Assembly (NCBI GenBank): GCA_052327205.1
Contig: CM126226.1
Coordinates: 37,510,001 to 37,574,000, forward strand
DNA length: 64,000 nt
From: Somniosus microcephalus
Lineage: Eukaryota
Direction: 5' to 3'
Made by a program: the position numbers and the translations under genes. This document shows positions 1 through 12,340 of the stretch, piece by piece. The notes under the pieces were generated by a model that made no database searches, was not told the origin of the DNA, and was given only the letters and a program-made list of their open reading frames with translations. Every line of letters starts with the position of its first letter. The stretch's first letter is position 1.

Positions 1-527
1 TGAAGCACAATTACTGGACTCTGGCGCTCCTGGATTGTACCCAGCATCAATGAGAAAATTGGAGGAGAAAAATCAAATATTGCACTGGTAGTGCTTCTAG
101 TAAACTATGCAAATAACCCAGTGAATGGTGAGACAACTGTTCTTTACCTATCTGAAGTTTAATTGCAGGTTGCTGCTCAGACAGTAACAGTCACTGCTGC
201 ACTGAATCAACAGAACACTTGGATAAGCAGGCCCCTCTCCACACAGCAGCTGTGGAGTCAAATTCACAGCTTTAGTTCTTCATTGGCTTTTGTACTGAAG
301 TTAAATACACACAGGTTGTAGCTGACATTGATGTTGTTCAGACACAATACGTTCCATGTATCTTGTTCTTATTCTCTGTATATCCGTTCAGCATAATTAA
401 TACAAACACAAAAAAACACTCCATATGGTTACCTGGTTCTTTGCAACTCAGTGCAGCATTGTTTAGGGCCTCCCATGTTGACAGTGTGGCGGTACCACTG
501 GTTGTCCCTTACATTGAGACACATAAT

Positions 528-900
528 TCCCTTTAACTTACCTTTTGGGGCCGTTGCCCTTTTAACTTACCTGTTGGGGCCATTGCCCCTTTAAGGCGCG
601 CCCTAGCGTGCTGACGTCACGTCACATACGACGTGATGTGTGTGCGCCGGCACAGCCCGGCCTAGCGTCTTCGGCCTCAACGGCCAGCCGACGGGAGCAA
701 CGCAATCTTCCGCTCCCGCGGCAAGCACCGGCACAGCCCGACATCCCGACTTCGGCCTCAACGGCCAGCGACGCAACGACGCGCATCACGTGACGCCCTA
801 AGCGCGGGAAACGCGAGCAACGTGATGACGTCATCACGCTCCCCACAGGACTGCGAACTCAGTCCTCGTGGCGTCCCCGCTGGGACAAGACCTACACCAC
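528..900. promoter_or_regulatory. CpG-rich promoter-like module with CRE sites, probably part of a young transposon or LTR
   Basis: Dense CpG in an otherwise CpG-poor window. TGACGTCA at 612-619 and 826-833. Perfect 18-bp palindrome CGTGATGACGTCATCACG at 821-838. Direct repeat of ~42 bp (ccggcacagcccg...ttcggcctcaacggccagc) at ~647-688 and ~728-769. Tandem ~30-bp repeat at 528-595. Confidence 0.5.
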
Positions 901-1038
901 GGTGCTCCTACAGTCAGCCATCTTACCTGCTATCTTACCTGATGTAATTAGCCTGTTCCTGTAAATAAACAACTTGTTTATAGTTCGTCGAAGTCAAACT
1001 CTCTTATTTAGTGGCGATCTACACGAACCGCTACAACA
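900..1038 (+). mobile_element. Possible 3' end of an LTR; the start would lie upstream of the window
   Basis: AATAAA at 964-969, then a ...CTACAACA end at 1031-1038, typical of TG...CA LTR ends. No PBS follows. Confidence 0.3.
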
Positions 1039-1114
1039 GTACTGTTCTTTATTTCAGACTCCTCTTTCTTCCCCATCCCTTCGCCCCACAGCCACTGCTA
1101 TTCCTTTCAGCTAC

Positions 1115-1290
1115 TCTTCCTTTCTCCTGAGAGTGAAGACTTATGCAGGGTGCCTTGCTCAAGTGACCTCATGTCTGAGTTTAGATGCTGAGACCAATCC
1201 AGGGTCCACCATTGAGAGGCTCCACAGCCAAGTTCGATCTTGTTCTTCACCCAATGTTCTCGCACATCAACTTGCTCGTGGAGGTAAAAC
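1115..1290 (-). mobile_element. LF-SINE-like fragment (degenerate)
   Basis: Matches the reverse complement of the LF-SINE 3' half (ctcctga...caagtgacc...cacagccaagttcgatcttgttcttcaccc). Confidence 0.5.
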
Positions 1291-1399
1291 CATAAGCCAC
1301 GGTCATAGAGCATCCCACACATCTCCTATACCAAGAACATAAATCTGTACCTGGGAAAGGAAAAGTCTGATCTTAGACTTATTCACATGCAAGGTGTTT

Positions 1400-1800
1400 T
1401 AAAATTTAAAATTCTCATCCATGTTTTCAAATCCCTCCATGCCCTCGCCCCCTCCCTATCTCTGTAACCTCCTCTAACCCTACAACCCTCCGAAATCTCT
1501 GCGCTCGTCCAATACTGGCCTCTTGCGCATCCCCAATTCTAATCACTCCACCATTGGTAGCTGTGCTTTCAGCTGCCGAGGCCCTAAGCTCTAGAATTCT
1601 CTCCCTAAACCTCTCCGCCTCTCTACCTCTCTCTCCTTTAAGATGCTCCTTAAAACTTACCTCTTTGACCAAGCTTTTGGTCACTTGTCCTAATATCGCT
1701 TTATGTGGCTCAGTGTTAAATTTTGTTTGATAATCGCTCCTGTGAAGCTTCTTGGGACGTTTTACTACATTAAGGGCGCTATATAAATGCAAGTTGTTGG
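1400..1800 (+). mobile_element. L2 LINE 3' end fragment
   Basis: ttttaaaattctcatcc...ttcaaatccctccatg...ggcgctatataaatgcaagttgttg. Near-identical to the copies at 54.5-55.0 kb and 61.8-62.4 kb. Confidence 0.85.
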
Positions 1801-1879
1801 TATTCTAGGTAGCTGGAGAGAGAATCTTTACAGTCCTTTAAGGCAGTAGATCCTTAGGCTGTAGCACTTCTAAAACTAC

Positions 1880-1990
1880 CCAGGCTGAGAACAGCTACTT
1901 TAGTAAAAAAAAAGAGATTGAACCTGGGGCCTTCCATGGTGCTTGTGGCTCAGTATCAGATCATGAAGCACATTTACCCACTGAGGTATT
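1880..1990 (-). mobile_element. LF-SINE-like 5' head fragment
   Basis: gattgaacctgggg...tggctcagta...catttacccactgag is the reverse complement of the tRNA-derived LF-SINE head. Confidence 0.5.
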
Positions 1991-4904
1991 TGCAGAATCC
2001 TTAAGGTTACTTCACCTACTCAATATAATTGTGTAAAAATTAAATCATGTTTATATACTTTCCTTTACAAAACGTGGGTACTTAAAAAGAAAAAGCTACA
2101 CCAAGTTTCCACAGTTAAAAGAGACAAGTTATTATTATGACAGAAGATCAGGCAACACCTATTAAACAAGAACTATGGGCAGCTTCTAACTTCATTGCTC
2201 TATGCGGTAAAAATGGATATCTGCCTGTGTTGAATTTTTTACTTCTATTTTATGTTGCTAGAAACAGCATATAAGGGGTTAACACCCAACATTGTCTAGA
2301 AAGGTGCAAGTTTTTATGGCCCACACAATGGTTGTCTGAAGTGTTAATTGGCCAATCAACCTGAAGGAATTACTTGCAACCACAGACATATTTGCCATTG
2401 TTAAAGGTTGGCCGTGTGTTCATTACTGACGAATGGCTGTTTGACCTAATGTATTGAGGGGAAGGTCAGGAACTTGTTGGGAACGGTCTTCAGGAACTTG
2501 GGGCGGGGGGGGAGCGCGGGCGAGCGGAGGAGAAGGTCCTAACCTGCAAGGGTGAGCCCTGTATGTTCTCTGAAAGCAGTACTGTGAGCTCTGGAGCCTG
2601 ACAGTCAGAATGAATGGATCAAATTACACATTGCAAAGTACTTGATTACTGAGGCAGGCAGGATCTAATTACACATTCCAGACAAACTGCTGGGTGTGTC
2701 TTATCCTCCAAGGGGACCAATCAGAAATCTGGTGTTGCAAATACATACTGTCATTTATGAGCGATGCAACCATTTACTGATTTTGTTTCAGGACAGTAGC
2801 AAGAGGGGGATGGTCCCAGGCCACATGACATAGATAAACGGATAGGCCCTAACCTGGGGTAGTGGGTTTAATTAACAGCTCTGCGTGAGACCTTTGAGAA
2901 GCGCACAGGACCACTGGTTGTAGTCCTCTTTGATGAGCAGGTCAGTGGCGAGCCTACTACAGAATTAATTTGCATGTCGGGGAGAGTCTACAGCCAGTTG
3001 CAATCTGCAATCAGAGTCTGAATCGTGCAACCAAGTGCTGCAGCACTGTGTGTTTCAAGGTTTTGTGCCATGCTAGCCAGGGAGTTAGGGTAGATTGAGG
3101 TCACAGTAAGCAAACTTCTGTTCAAAGTTAATGTTTAAAGAGAAAGCAAGTGATGTCTTTGTTATTTTACAAATGGAGGGCATGGTTAGAGGAATATATG
3201 TCTCACTGTCCAGACTTTCAAATCCTTCAAAGTTTCCTGGCCAGGAATACAGCTCTGTGCATGTGTGTAAGTGCCCAGGGTCACAGTGTGACGCAGTTGG
3301 CAGTGCAACGTAGGCATTGCTGGTTTTGAATTGTGTTCTGCATCTGCCAGTCTCAGACCAGCACAGAGTATAACCGTAGCCCAACAGTCTCTGTCCAGGA
3401 CCTCTCAGTATGGCATGTTGGTGCACTAACGCAAAGTGCCACCAAGGCTGCTGGGTTAATCAATGATGTGAAATCAATAGAACATGCTGTATTCAGCATA
3501 ACATGCAGTTCCCATTGATTGCAAAAGTGATAGAACTTAATCAATTGTAGCTGGCATCATTTAACCTGTAGTGTGTGTTTCTGGCCCTTTTGAATGGCAC
3601 CACGAGACATTGGGTAGCCTCTGAAGGACAGTATTTCCTTCTAGGACTTGATGTGTGGTTCTCAAAATTATTTGCTCCAAATTTCTTGCGATAGATTCCA
3701 GGGGACAAGAGTTTAAAAAGTAGGAAGAGGATGGAGGTCAGGTGGAATGATTTCACCCCAAGGGACATGGAGCTGTGCATTAAGTTACTGGGGAAAGGCC
3801 ATTGAAGCATACAGTGTAAATGGGTTCAAGAAACATTTGCATTCTTTCCTAGAGAAGGGCTTGAGGGATGTGGTAAGAAGGTGTGTAGGCAGGACTGATC
3901 TCTGAGAAAAGGATGGGCCATTAGGGCCGAGCGGCCTTTACCTGTTCCTAAATAATTCTTATGTTCTCACAAAACATGCGCTTGTGTTTCCATTGTTGTT
4001 TGATATGTTTGTACATGCTCAGAGCAAATGTTCTTTTTCTCGCAGTTCTGTGTCTGCAGAGGTCACTACCAGTGGATCGAAGTGTCTGATGTGCAAGAGG
4101 TTTTCTGCAGTGACCTGTAAATCTCTTTACCCTGAAGACTGCCTTATTTTTAACAGGATTAAACACCTTCCAGACCTAAGCTTTCTGCCATGGGCAGGAG
4201 GAAACAGTATAGTAAACATCGTCCTCTGATCTTTAGCTGACAGTTGAAGCAAAGGACTCAACCTTTAAAAGCAAATTCAACAGCAAGTGATTTGCTAAAC
4301 ACAGAATTGCCTAAATTTATTGAGGCATTAATACTCAAAAAAAATCCCATTTAAAATAACCCCATAATCTCAAAAATACACATAATGGTCAAGGTTTTGC
4401 AAAGCTAATACTAAATAAGGCTCCTGAATGATTTCTCTTAATTTCTTGGTTCTGTGATCCTCAGAGGAATACCACTGGCAGATTCCTGAAATGTCTCAAT
4501 ATCTGTACTTCATATTTCTAACATCAAAAACCCATTTAATGCAAAGTGATTGTGAAGTATTTAAATGAAACCGTGTGCTGCGGTGTGTTGGTGCTTCATC
4601 ATCCTGCACCATTTTGGTTTTACCTTTTTTTTAATTGAGGTCGAGTTCTTCTTAGAACCTTGTGTTGGGAGAGATGTTTCTGTTGTTGCGCAGCAGACTT
4701 TTCAGACCAACCATAGTGCTGCAGAGAGGGGCTCAGCAAAGGGAATGTGGTGCCCCTGGGAATGCTTGCATGCGTAGCAGAATGCATAATGTGTTATTGG
4801 CAGAGTCGTAGGAGAAGGGTGCTAAACTTGACTACTGTCACCTCACAGATTGAGGAGAAAATGAAAGATTTAATACCCTTAAAAAGAATGAGTTGAGCGT
4901 GCTA

Positions 4905-5660
4905 AGATCATAAGAAATAGGAGCAGTAGGCCATTCGGCCCTTCGCCCATTCAATAAGATCATGGCTGATCTTCTACCTCAACTCCACTTCCCCGCCATG
5001 TCCCCATATCCCTTGATTCTCTTGGTGTCAATAGATTCACAACCCTCTGAGTGAAGAAATTTCTCCTCACCTCAGTCCTAAATGGTTGGTGCCTTATCCT
5101 AAGACAATGACCCCTAGTTCTAGACTCTCCAGCCGGGGGAAATGGCCTCCCAGCGTCGACCCTATCAAGCCCTCTAAGAATTTTATACGTTTTATACTTC
5201 CCATTCTTCTCAACTCCAGAGAATATAGGCCCATTCTACGCAATCTCTTCTCATAGGACAACCTTCTCATCCCAGGAATCAATCTAGTGAACCTTCATTG
5301 CACCACCTCCAAGGCAAGTATATCCTTCCTTAGGTAAGGAGACCAAAACTTTATTCGTACTCCAGGTCTGGTCTCGCCAAAGCCGTATATAATTGCAGCA
5401 AGACTACGTTACTATTATACTCCCTTAGAAGCTAACATATTATATGCCTTCCTAATTGCTTGCTGTACCTGCATGTTAACCTTCAGAGGGATTTGTGTAC
5501 GAGAACACACAAATCCCTCTGAATCCCAACATTTACAAGTCTCTCATTTTGTAAAAAATATTCTGCTTTTCTATTCTTCCAACCAAAGTGGACAATTTCG
5601 CATTTCCCCACATTATAAGCTACCTGCTACCTTCTTGTCCATTCACTCAACCTGTGATAA
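4905..5660 (-). mobile_element. CR1 LINE 3' fragment
   Basis: ORF 5094-5282 (MIPGMRRLSYEKRLRRMGLYSLELRR) is the CR1 ORF2 C-terminus. Typical cataagaaataggagcag...ggccattcggccc tail. Confidence 0.85.
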
Positions 5661-5744
5661 GGGACCATTGATTGTAATTGGTCAGTCCAGTGTCCTTTCA
5701 CCCACAGAACCTTGGTTTGAGTTCAGCCCAGACATAAAGAATGA

Positions 5745-6050
5745 ATGCAAAAGCAAATTACTGCGGATGCTGGAAATACTCAGCAGGTCAGGCAGCATCT
5801 GTGGAGAGAGAAACAGAGTTAACGTTTCAAGTCGATGACCCTTCGTCAGAACTGGAAAAAGCTGGAGATGTAACCGATTTTAAACACGTGTAGGGGCAGG
5901 GAAAGGGGGGAGGGGAGGAAAGAACAAAAGGGAAGGTCTGTGATAGGATGGAAGGCAGGAGAGATTAAGCGAGATTAAGAGATGGTGCAAGGCAAAAGGT
6001 AATGGGACAAGTTAAGAAACAAAAGATGGCTCTCGATGAAGTGTAAATGG
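5745..6050 (-). mobile_element. Penelope-like element terminal repeat / 3' region
   Basis: gatgctggaaatactcagcaggtcaggcagcatctgtggagagagaaacagagttaacgtttc block, also present at 17.0-17.3 kb and 49.35-49.46 kb. Contains a hammerhead core. Confidence 0.65.
5817..5853 (-). ncRNA. Minimal type-I hammerhead ribozyme motif (intact core)
   Basis: Minus strand reads AGUU-CUGACGA-A-GGGUC-AUC-GACUU-GAAA-CGUU-AACU: stem I AGUU/AACU, CUGANGA core, stem II, GAAA, palindromic ACGU in place of stem III, GUU cleavage triplet. Confidence 0.7.
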
Positions 6051-6184
6051 CGCTTACACCAGTGCCACGTTCCCCTCCAAATCACATCCTGACTGAGACG
6101 AAATTCCCAACCTAACGTCATCATAGGAGCACCATCACCACACAACCTGCTGTGGTTCAAGAAGGAGGCACACCACCACATTAC

Positions 6185-6380
6185 AGAAGAATACAAGAAA
6201 TAGAAGCCGGAGTAGGCCATATGGCTCCTCGAGCCTGCTTCGCCATTTCAATACGATCATGGTTGATCTTCTATCTCAACACTTTCCCGTCCTATCCCCA
6301 TATCCCTTGATTCCCTTAGTCTCCAAAAATCTATTGATCTCCGTCTTGAATATACTCAATGACTTAGCATCCACAGTCCA
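6185..6380 (-). mobile_element. CR1 3' tail, inserted into the tail of another LINE/SINE
   Basis: agaaatagaagccggagtaggccat...cccatatcccttgattccc. The flanks at 6050-6180 and 6385-6450 join into the tail family seen at 21.9-22.1 kb. Confidence 0.7.
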
Positions 6381-8032
6381 CAACCTTCTCGAAGAAAATA
6401 GAGAGGGGCAATAAATACAGCCTTGCCAGCGTCATTATGAGAACAAATAATAAAAATACATTGTCGTGATTGGTTGGTACTAAGTTGGGTCTTGTAGCTT
6501 GTCAGAGGAAAGCTTGTCTGAGGGAAGTAAGGGCTAGCACCTTTAACATAGAACATTTCAAGGCACCTCACAGTTGGGGATCAGGTGGAAATGGTGCAAC
6601 AAGTCTGGATTTCAATGCCGTGAAGGTGCAGGGAGGAGGAGTAACCTGTAGGACAGTGTATTTGTAGTTTGAGAAACTAGAAAAGAAGGTTCAGAGGACC
6701 TTGAACGTGTGAACTATAGGCAAATAGTGGCCTAAAAATGAAGAAACATCTGCCACAATGGACAATAATCATTTCCAGGGCATTCTGCAGCACAGTCAGA
6801 TTCCTATAAATATTTATGCCAGAAATTGTGCTTGGACCTACATTCTAAAACCTGTGGATAAAAATAGGAAATTTGTAAACTGTTGTTCCAGTACAACCAG
6901 AACAAGAACCAGAAATCTCTCAGAAAATACATTTTACACAAGAGGGATGAGATTTTTTAAAGCTGCTGTGTCTTAGTAACATTTGGCAGTGCTTTGATTA
7001 GTGCTGAGCATCAAGAATAGATCATCGGGTGATGTTTTACACCAGGATCACAATTTTCTATTTAAAGTGCTGTACATGGATGAAATATTTCACACAAGAG
7101 GAGTGAATGCAAAGTGGTTCAGTGCAACACCATGTTAAGGGTGAGGTCAGGTCGAGTCAATTTATGATTGGCCGTAACATTTTCTTTGGCAGTGTCCACA
7201 CTGTCAGCCTCGGACAGTTCCTGGAAGTGTGAAGTTCTTAATGGCAAGCCACATACCTGATGTGTCTGCTTTACTCAAAAAACATGGAACAGCTAAAAGC
7301 AGCAAGTTGCGTCCATCACGGGGCGGCTAAGGTATTAAATGTCTCCTTCTCGCATCTCATCCTGTTTTTCCCCCTGGTCTGTCTTCTCTTTCTGCGAGAT
7401 AAACAGTTAACATTTACAAAGCCACGAAGCTCCCTTGGTGGAATTGAATCCTGCCTGTGTGCCGTTTATTTTTTTTAACCGGGCAGCCAGCACAAATGTG
7501 ACACGTCTCCTGGTAATTAGGTGGGCTAAGCACAAACACATCGGAAGCTGCTTTCGTTTCTTTTTTTAATCTGCTCCTTTTCAGCAAGCCGTTTTTGTCC
7601 AGGTCCCGGAGAAATTGAAATCTTGCCCAGACAGTGGAAAAATCAAAAGACAGACCATTGGCCCAGTGTGCCAGTGTAAGCAACCAGAGACGGATTAGAG
7701 TTTAGAAGGAGGAGAAGCAAAGTGTCTGTGACAAAGATTTGGAAGGAAGTATTGATTAAAATGTCTAAGGTATTAGTATAACAGCATACTTTAGCACTGG
7801 GTGTTGGGGCCCTTGTATGTGGCTTTTTGTTTTGGTGATGAGAGTTACTGGCTTGAAATTCCTCCTTGGCTATCTAGGAGCAGATGTTTTGAGTGGTATT
7901 CATGGCATAATGTGATTTTGGAATAAAATAATTTTGGGAGCTTGAAAGCTGAAACCTTTTAATGATTTAACAATTGTGCTGCACTGTGCAATTGAGGGTG
8001 GTTGAGCAACAAAAATTGAAAGATCTGATGGG

Positions 8033-8039
<7 letters not shown>

Positions 8040-8065
<26 letters not shown>
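8040..8065 (+). repeat. Poly(A) run, 26 nt
   Basis: Directly visible in the sequence. Confidence 0.95.
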
Positions 8066-8066
<1 letters not shown>

Positions 8067-8084
8067 TCAATTCCAGTTGTCTTC

Positions 8085-8440
8085 CCTTCTTTCCTGAAGG
8101 CACTGATTCTCGGAGGTACGATTTCACCAGTTAAACATTATTCACATGTGAGCCCAGACAGAGAGATTCAGTCATGTAGGGAAGCACAGCATGAGCAAAA
8201 TCCCATCCTCATCCCCATATCCATATATGCTCTTCCCAGCAGGGGTTACTGCACAGAAAATGAGCCCTGGTTGATATTTTCTCCCTGCCCCCACTCCCCA
8301 GCCCAGGGCTTTGATTTAGCACCTCTGTTCAGATCAGCTAACAGTGCAGCCAGGGACCTTTTGCTGCCTAAGAAGAAGGTCTCTTTGGCTCAGTAACACA
8401 CTAGGCAATGCCTTTTAAGCGCTGTGCTGCTGGCAGAACC
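8085..8440 (-). mobile_element. LF-SINE-like, near full length
   Basis: cctgaaggcactga...catgtgagcccagaca...ccagcaggggttactg...agatcagctaac...ggctcagtaacacactaggca matches the LF-SINE reverse complement in the expected order. Confidence 0.7.
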
Positions 8441-9314
8441 CTAGGTGTTATGCCTTCGCTTTCTTCACACTTTCTTTTCCTTGTCTGCTGTATCCCTCAA
8501 TGTGGATTCTTCTAAGTTTCTTCTTCTCAAGGTAGTAAGGTGATGAAATATTTCTCTGAGCAATCTATCAACAAAAAAATTGTGTTTCACACAGTCCCTT
8601 ATGCACGTACTCTGTGAATGTAATTTATTAGATACAGTTAACATATGGAAGTGTGTAATTTGTACAGTGATTGTTGAATTACAGATCCATTGGTGTGTGA
8701 AGGTCTGCACTGTCGTGGTCCTGTCGGGTTTTGTAGGGACTAAGTGGGGCCGAGGACCTCCGGACTCTCTCAGCCATGACTGCTTGAAAGTTAATGTTGC
8801 CGTTCATACAGAGTTGTTATAAGACACCACAGCAGATTTGTCAGAACTGTTCAGTGTTATTGCCAAGACTATTCATATTGCTTATCGCCAGAGGTGAAAT
8901 GTGGCTTACAACATTTATCCGAGCACTGTGGACAGATGAGTTACCTCAGCATTTAATAAATGCTTATTATAGGGTCATTCACTTAGCAAGATAAAAAGAT
9001 TCTTTCATATTGCCTGTAAAAATGATTATATTTAAAAAAATCATTGCTGTCCCATGTCATAAGTTAAAAGTAATTGAAAGTATTTAATCTGAGGTTCAAC
9101 AGGATCTGACAGAATGATACCTCACTTGCATTTATGTGCAATTTTTCACTATTTTCTTGGCAACTATCCTTTTGACAGTGCAGATCCCAGATCTGACTGC
9201 TCTGAAACTACAGATCAAGGTCAGTTAATTTTTGAGGAGGGCTATAATGGTCGGCAGTGTCTTGCCTGAGGACCACTCTCTGTAATTGGGGTTGCTTCAT
9301 GTCCATCTTTGGAC

Positions 9315-9465
9315 TGATGAATATTAATCCCTCAACCAGCATCATTAAAACAGATTATCTGGTCATTATCACATTGTGTTTGTGGGAGATTGCTGTTAAC
9401 AAATTTGCTGCCTTGTTTCTTATGTTACAGCAGTGACTGTACTTTAAAAGTACTTCATTGGCATT
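9315..9465 (+). mobile_element. DeuSINE fragment
   Basis: ccctcaaccagcatcattaaaacagattatctggtcattatcacattg...tgtgggag is the Deu-domain core. Confidence 0.75.
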
Positions 9466-9574
9466 TAAAAAATTCATTCATTGGATATTCTTTCTTACTC
9501 GGTTTGGTTTTGGACATGGCAAAAAGTTGGGAACCGTATCAGTGATGTTACATCATGGTGTGAGGACACTTGAG

Positions 9575-11025
9575 ATTAGCCATTCACCGCCAGATCTGAC
9601 TGGACCACATAAAGCATGATCGGGTCCTGCTCTCGTCTGCCGAAATTGCTCACTATTCCAGAATCATTCTGGAATGCAGAGATAAATCCCGGCTTCTATT
9701 CTCCACTGCTAACCATCTTCTTTAACCGCTCTCCCCTGTCTCCTCCACCCTCATTTCCGACAAGTGCGAGGAGCTCATGGACTTCTTTGTCTCCAAGATT
9801 GAGACCATCTGTTCAGCTGTCTTTGCCACTTCCCTTCATTCCCCTAGCCCACCGGGCCAAACTTCCTCTGAGGTTCCCCCCTGCCCTAGCCCTGATCTCA
9901 CATCTTTCTCCAGTTTCTCTCCGATCTCCCCTCATGACCTCTCCACGCTCATCTTGTCCATGAGTCTCGCTTCCTGCTCCCTCGGCCCTATTCCCACGAT
10001 ACTGCTGACCACCCAACTTCCTTTTCTGGCTCCCATGTTAGCTGACATTGTTAACAGTTCTCTCTCCTCAGGTACTGCCCCCTCTCCCTCAAATCTGCCG
10101 TCGTCACCCCTCTCCTCAAAAAAACAACCCTTGACCCCCTCCGTCCTTGCAAATTACTGCCCAATCTCCAACCTCCCTTTCCTCTCAAGTCCTTGAACGT
10201 GTTGTCGCCTCCCAAATCCGTGCCCATCTTTCCCGCAATTCCATGTTTGAATCCCTCCAATCAGGTTTCCGCTCCTGCCATAGTTCCGAAACTGCTCTCA
10301 TCAAAATCACAAATGACATCCTTTGTGACTGTGACGAAGGTAAACTATTCTTCCTCGTCCTTCTTGACTTGTCTGCAGCCTTTCACACGGTTGACCACTC
10401 CACCCTTCTCCAACGCCTCTCCACCGTCGTCCAGCTGGGTGGAACTTCACTCGCCTGGTTCCATTCTTATCTATCCAATCGTAGCCAGAGAATCACCTGC
10501 AACGGCTTCTCTTCCCACTCCCGCATTGTTACCTCTGGTGTCCCCCAAGGATCTATCCTTGGCCCCCTCCTATTTCTCATCTACATGTTGTCCCTTGGCG
10601 ACATCATCTGAAAACACAGCGTCAGTTTCCACATGTACGCTGACGACACCCAGCTCTACCTCACTACCACTTCTCTCGACCCCGCCACAGTCTCTAAATT
10701 GCCAGACTGCTTGTCCGACATCCAGTTCTGGATGAGCAGAAATTTTCTCCAATTAAATATTGGGAAGACCGAAGCCATTGCTTTTGGTCCCCGCCACAAA
10801 CTCCGTTCCCTAGCCACTGACTCCATTCCTCCTCTTAACATCTGTCTGAGGCTGAACCACACTGTTTGCAAACTTGGTGTCATATTTGACCCTAAAATGA
10901 GCTTCCGACCACATATCCGGAGCATAACGAAGACCACCTATTTCCACCTCCAGAACATCGCCCGCCTCCGCCCTTGCCTCAGCTCATCTGCTGCTGAAAC
11001 CCTCATCCATGCCTTTGTTACCTTC
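9575..11025 (+). mobile_element. L2 LINE internal fragment with a decayed reverse transcriptase ORF
   Basis: ORFs 9777-10196, 10147-10611 and 10633-11091 carry QSGFR..HSSETAL, LLDLSAAF, GVPQGSILGPLLF and YADD (10636-10647). One in-frame TGA at 10609-10611 and frameshifts upstream. Confidence 0.95.
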
Positions 11026-11619
11026 ATACTTCCCCCCCTTCCCCCCCATTTCCTTCCCTTTCTCCATATCCACTTATTTCCCATGACCTGAGACATTAGG
11101 CTTGTACATGAGTAGAACTGTATGTTCCTGTCGTTTCCCTTGTTGCCTTTGTAAATTAATTGTATTAACGGGGGAGTGTGCCTAGCTGAAGTGCTCTTGC
11201 AGAGAGCCGGCACGGGCTCAACAGGCCGAATGGCGACCTTCTGTGCTGTAACCATTCTATGATTCTATGAACAGCAATGATGTCTTTGTACCAGGAACTG
11301 TACAGATGCATTATTAGGACTGAAAGAGTGATGCGCATGCCTGATGGTTCCATCTGGAATGGTCAAGGTTCATCTTCCTGTTCAGCTTTGTTGAGCTAAA
11401 TTTCCCTTGGAAACAACTTTCCTAAGTGTCTCAGGGATATGTGCAAACCAATTTGTTATAATTTTTAGAAACTCAAGTTAGCATCCTCAGTAGCTCTGAT
11501 GGTTGGAACTGCAGTGGAGCAAGGAGGAGGCTCACCACCATCTTAGGGCAACTGGGGATGTGCAGCAAATGCAGCCTTGCCTATCTCACCCATGTTCTGA
11601 GAGCAAACGCAACAAACTA

Positions 11620-11955
11620 GTATGGCAGTGTAGTGGTTATGGTTCTGGATTAGCAACTCCGAGGCTGTGCGTTCAAACTCCACCGTGGCAAGCTGTAAGA
11701 CTGAATTAAATAAATCTGGCAATTTGTGGACCAGCACTAGAAAAAATGACCATGAAAACTGCTAGATTGTGTAATAAAAACCAACGGGTTCACGAATGTC
11801 CTTCGGAGAAATGGACCTGCCACTCCTACCCTGTTTGACAACACGTGACTCCAGTCCCACTCTACGTGGTTGACTTTTAAATGCTCTCTGGAGGGCAATT
11901 AGCATTAAATGCACCCTTGCTCGTGTTGCCCACATCCCAAGAACAAATAAGAAAA
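11620..11955 (+). mobile_element. tRNA-derived SINE with a CR1-like LINE tail (third SINE family)
   Basis: Head tagtggttatg...gttcaaactccacc, and tail ...gcccacatcccaagaacaaataa. Same family as 41510-41950. Confidence 0.7.
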
Positions 11956-11957
11956 AG

Positions 11958-12340
11958 AAAATGCACTGCTTGATGGTACTAGCCGCATAGACCAGCAGGG
12001 TCCCAAGTGTGATCCCAGGTCTGTGTTGAGCTAACTGACATCAGCCAGGCAGAGGTAGTAGTGCTACAACTAACCTCAGTAACTTTGGGCTAACAGAAAA
12101 ATTCAGCCAGGGTTTCCGCAGTCAGTGACCCCCCTGGCAAAAAACGGTGTGTAAAGGATGTTGGATCAGGGTGAGTTCTGTCTAATTGTGATGGCATACG
12201 TGGTTAAGTAGGATATTGGCTCGCACTGTTTATGCTAGCATGTGAAGAATAACCACTTGGGCAAGGTGTTGGGGGCCAATGTAATTGTACACCAACATGA
12301 GTTAGGGTCTTCAGGTGAAGAGGGAAGAAAATTGAAGGAG
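11958..12340 (+). mobile_element. LF-SINE-like, near full length
   Basis: ggtact..gcc...agaccag..ggtccca...ggtctgtgttgagctaactga...cagccagggtttcc...tgtgaagaataaccacttgggcaagg...ttcagg. Confidence 0.75.

Noticed and set aside
9542-9600. C/D snoRNA-like GTGATG...CTGA
   Set aside because: The C box is imperfect and the CTGA lies in the start of the L2 fragment.
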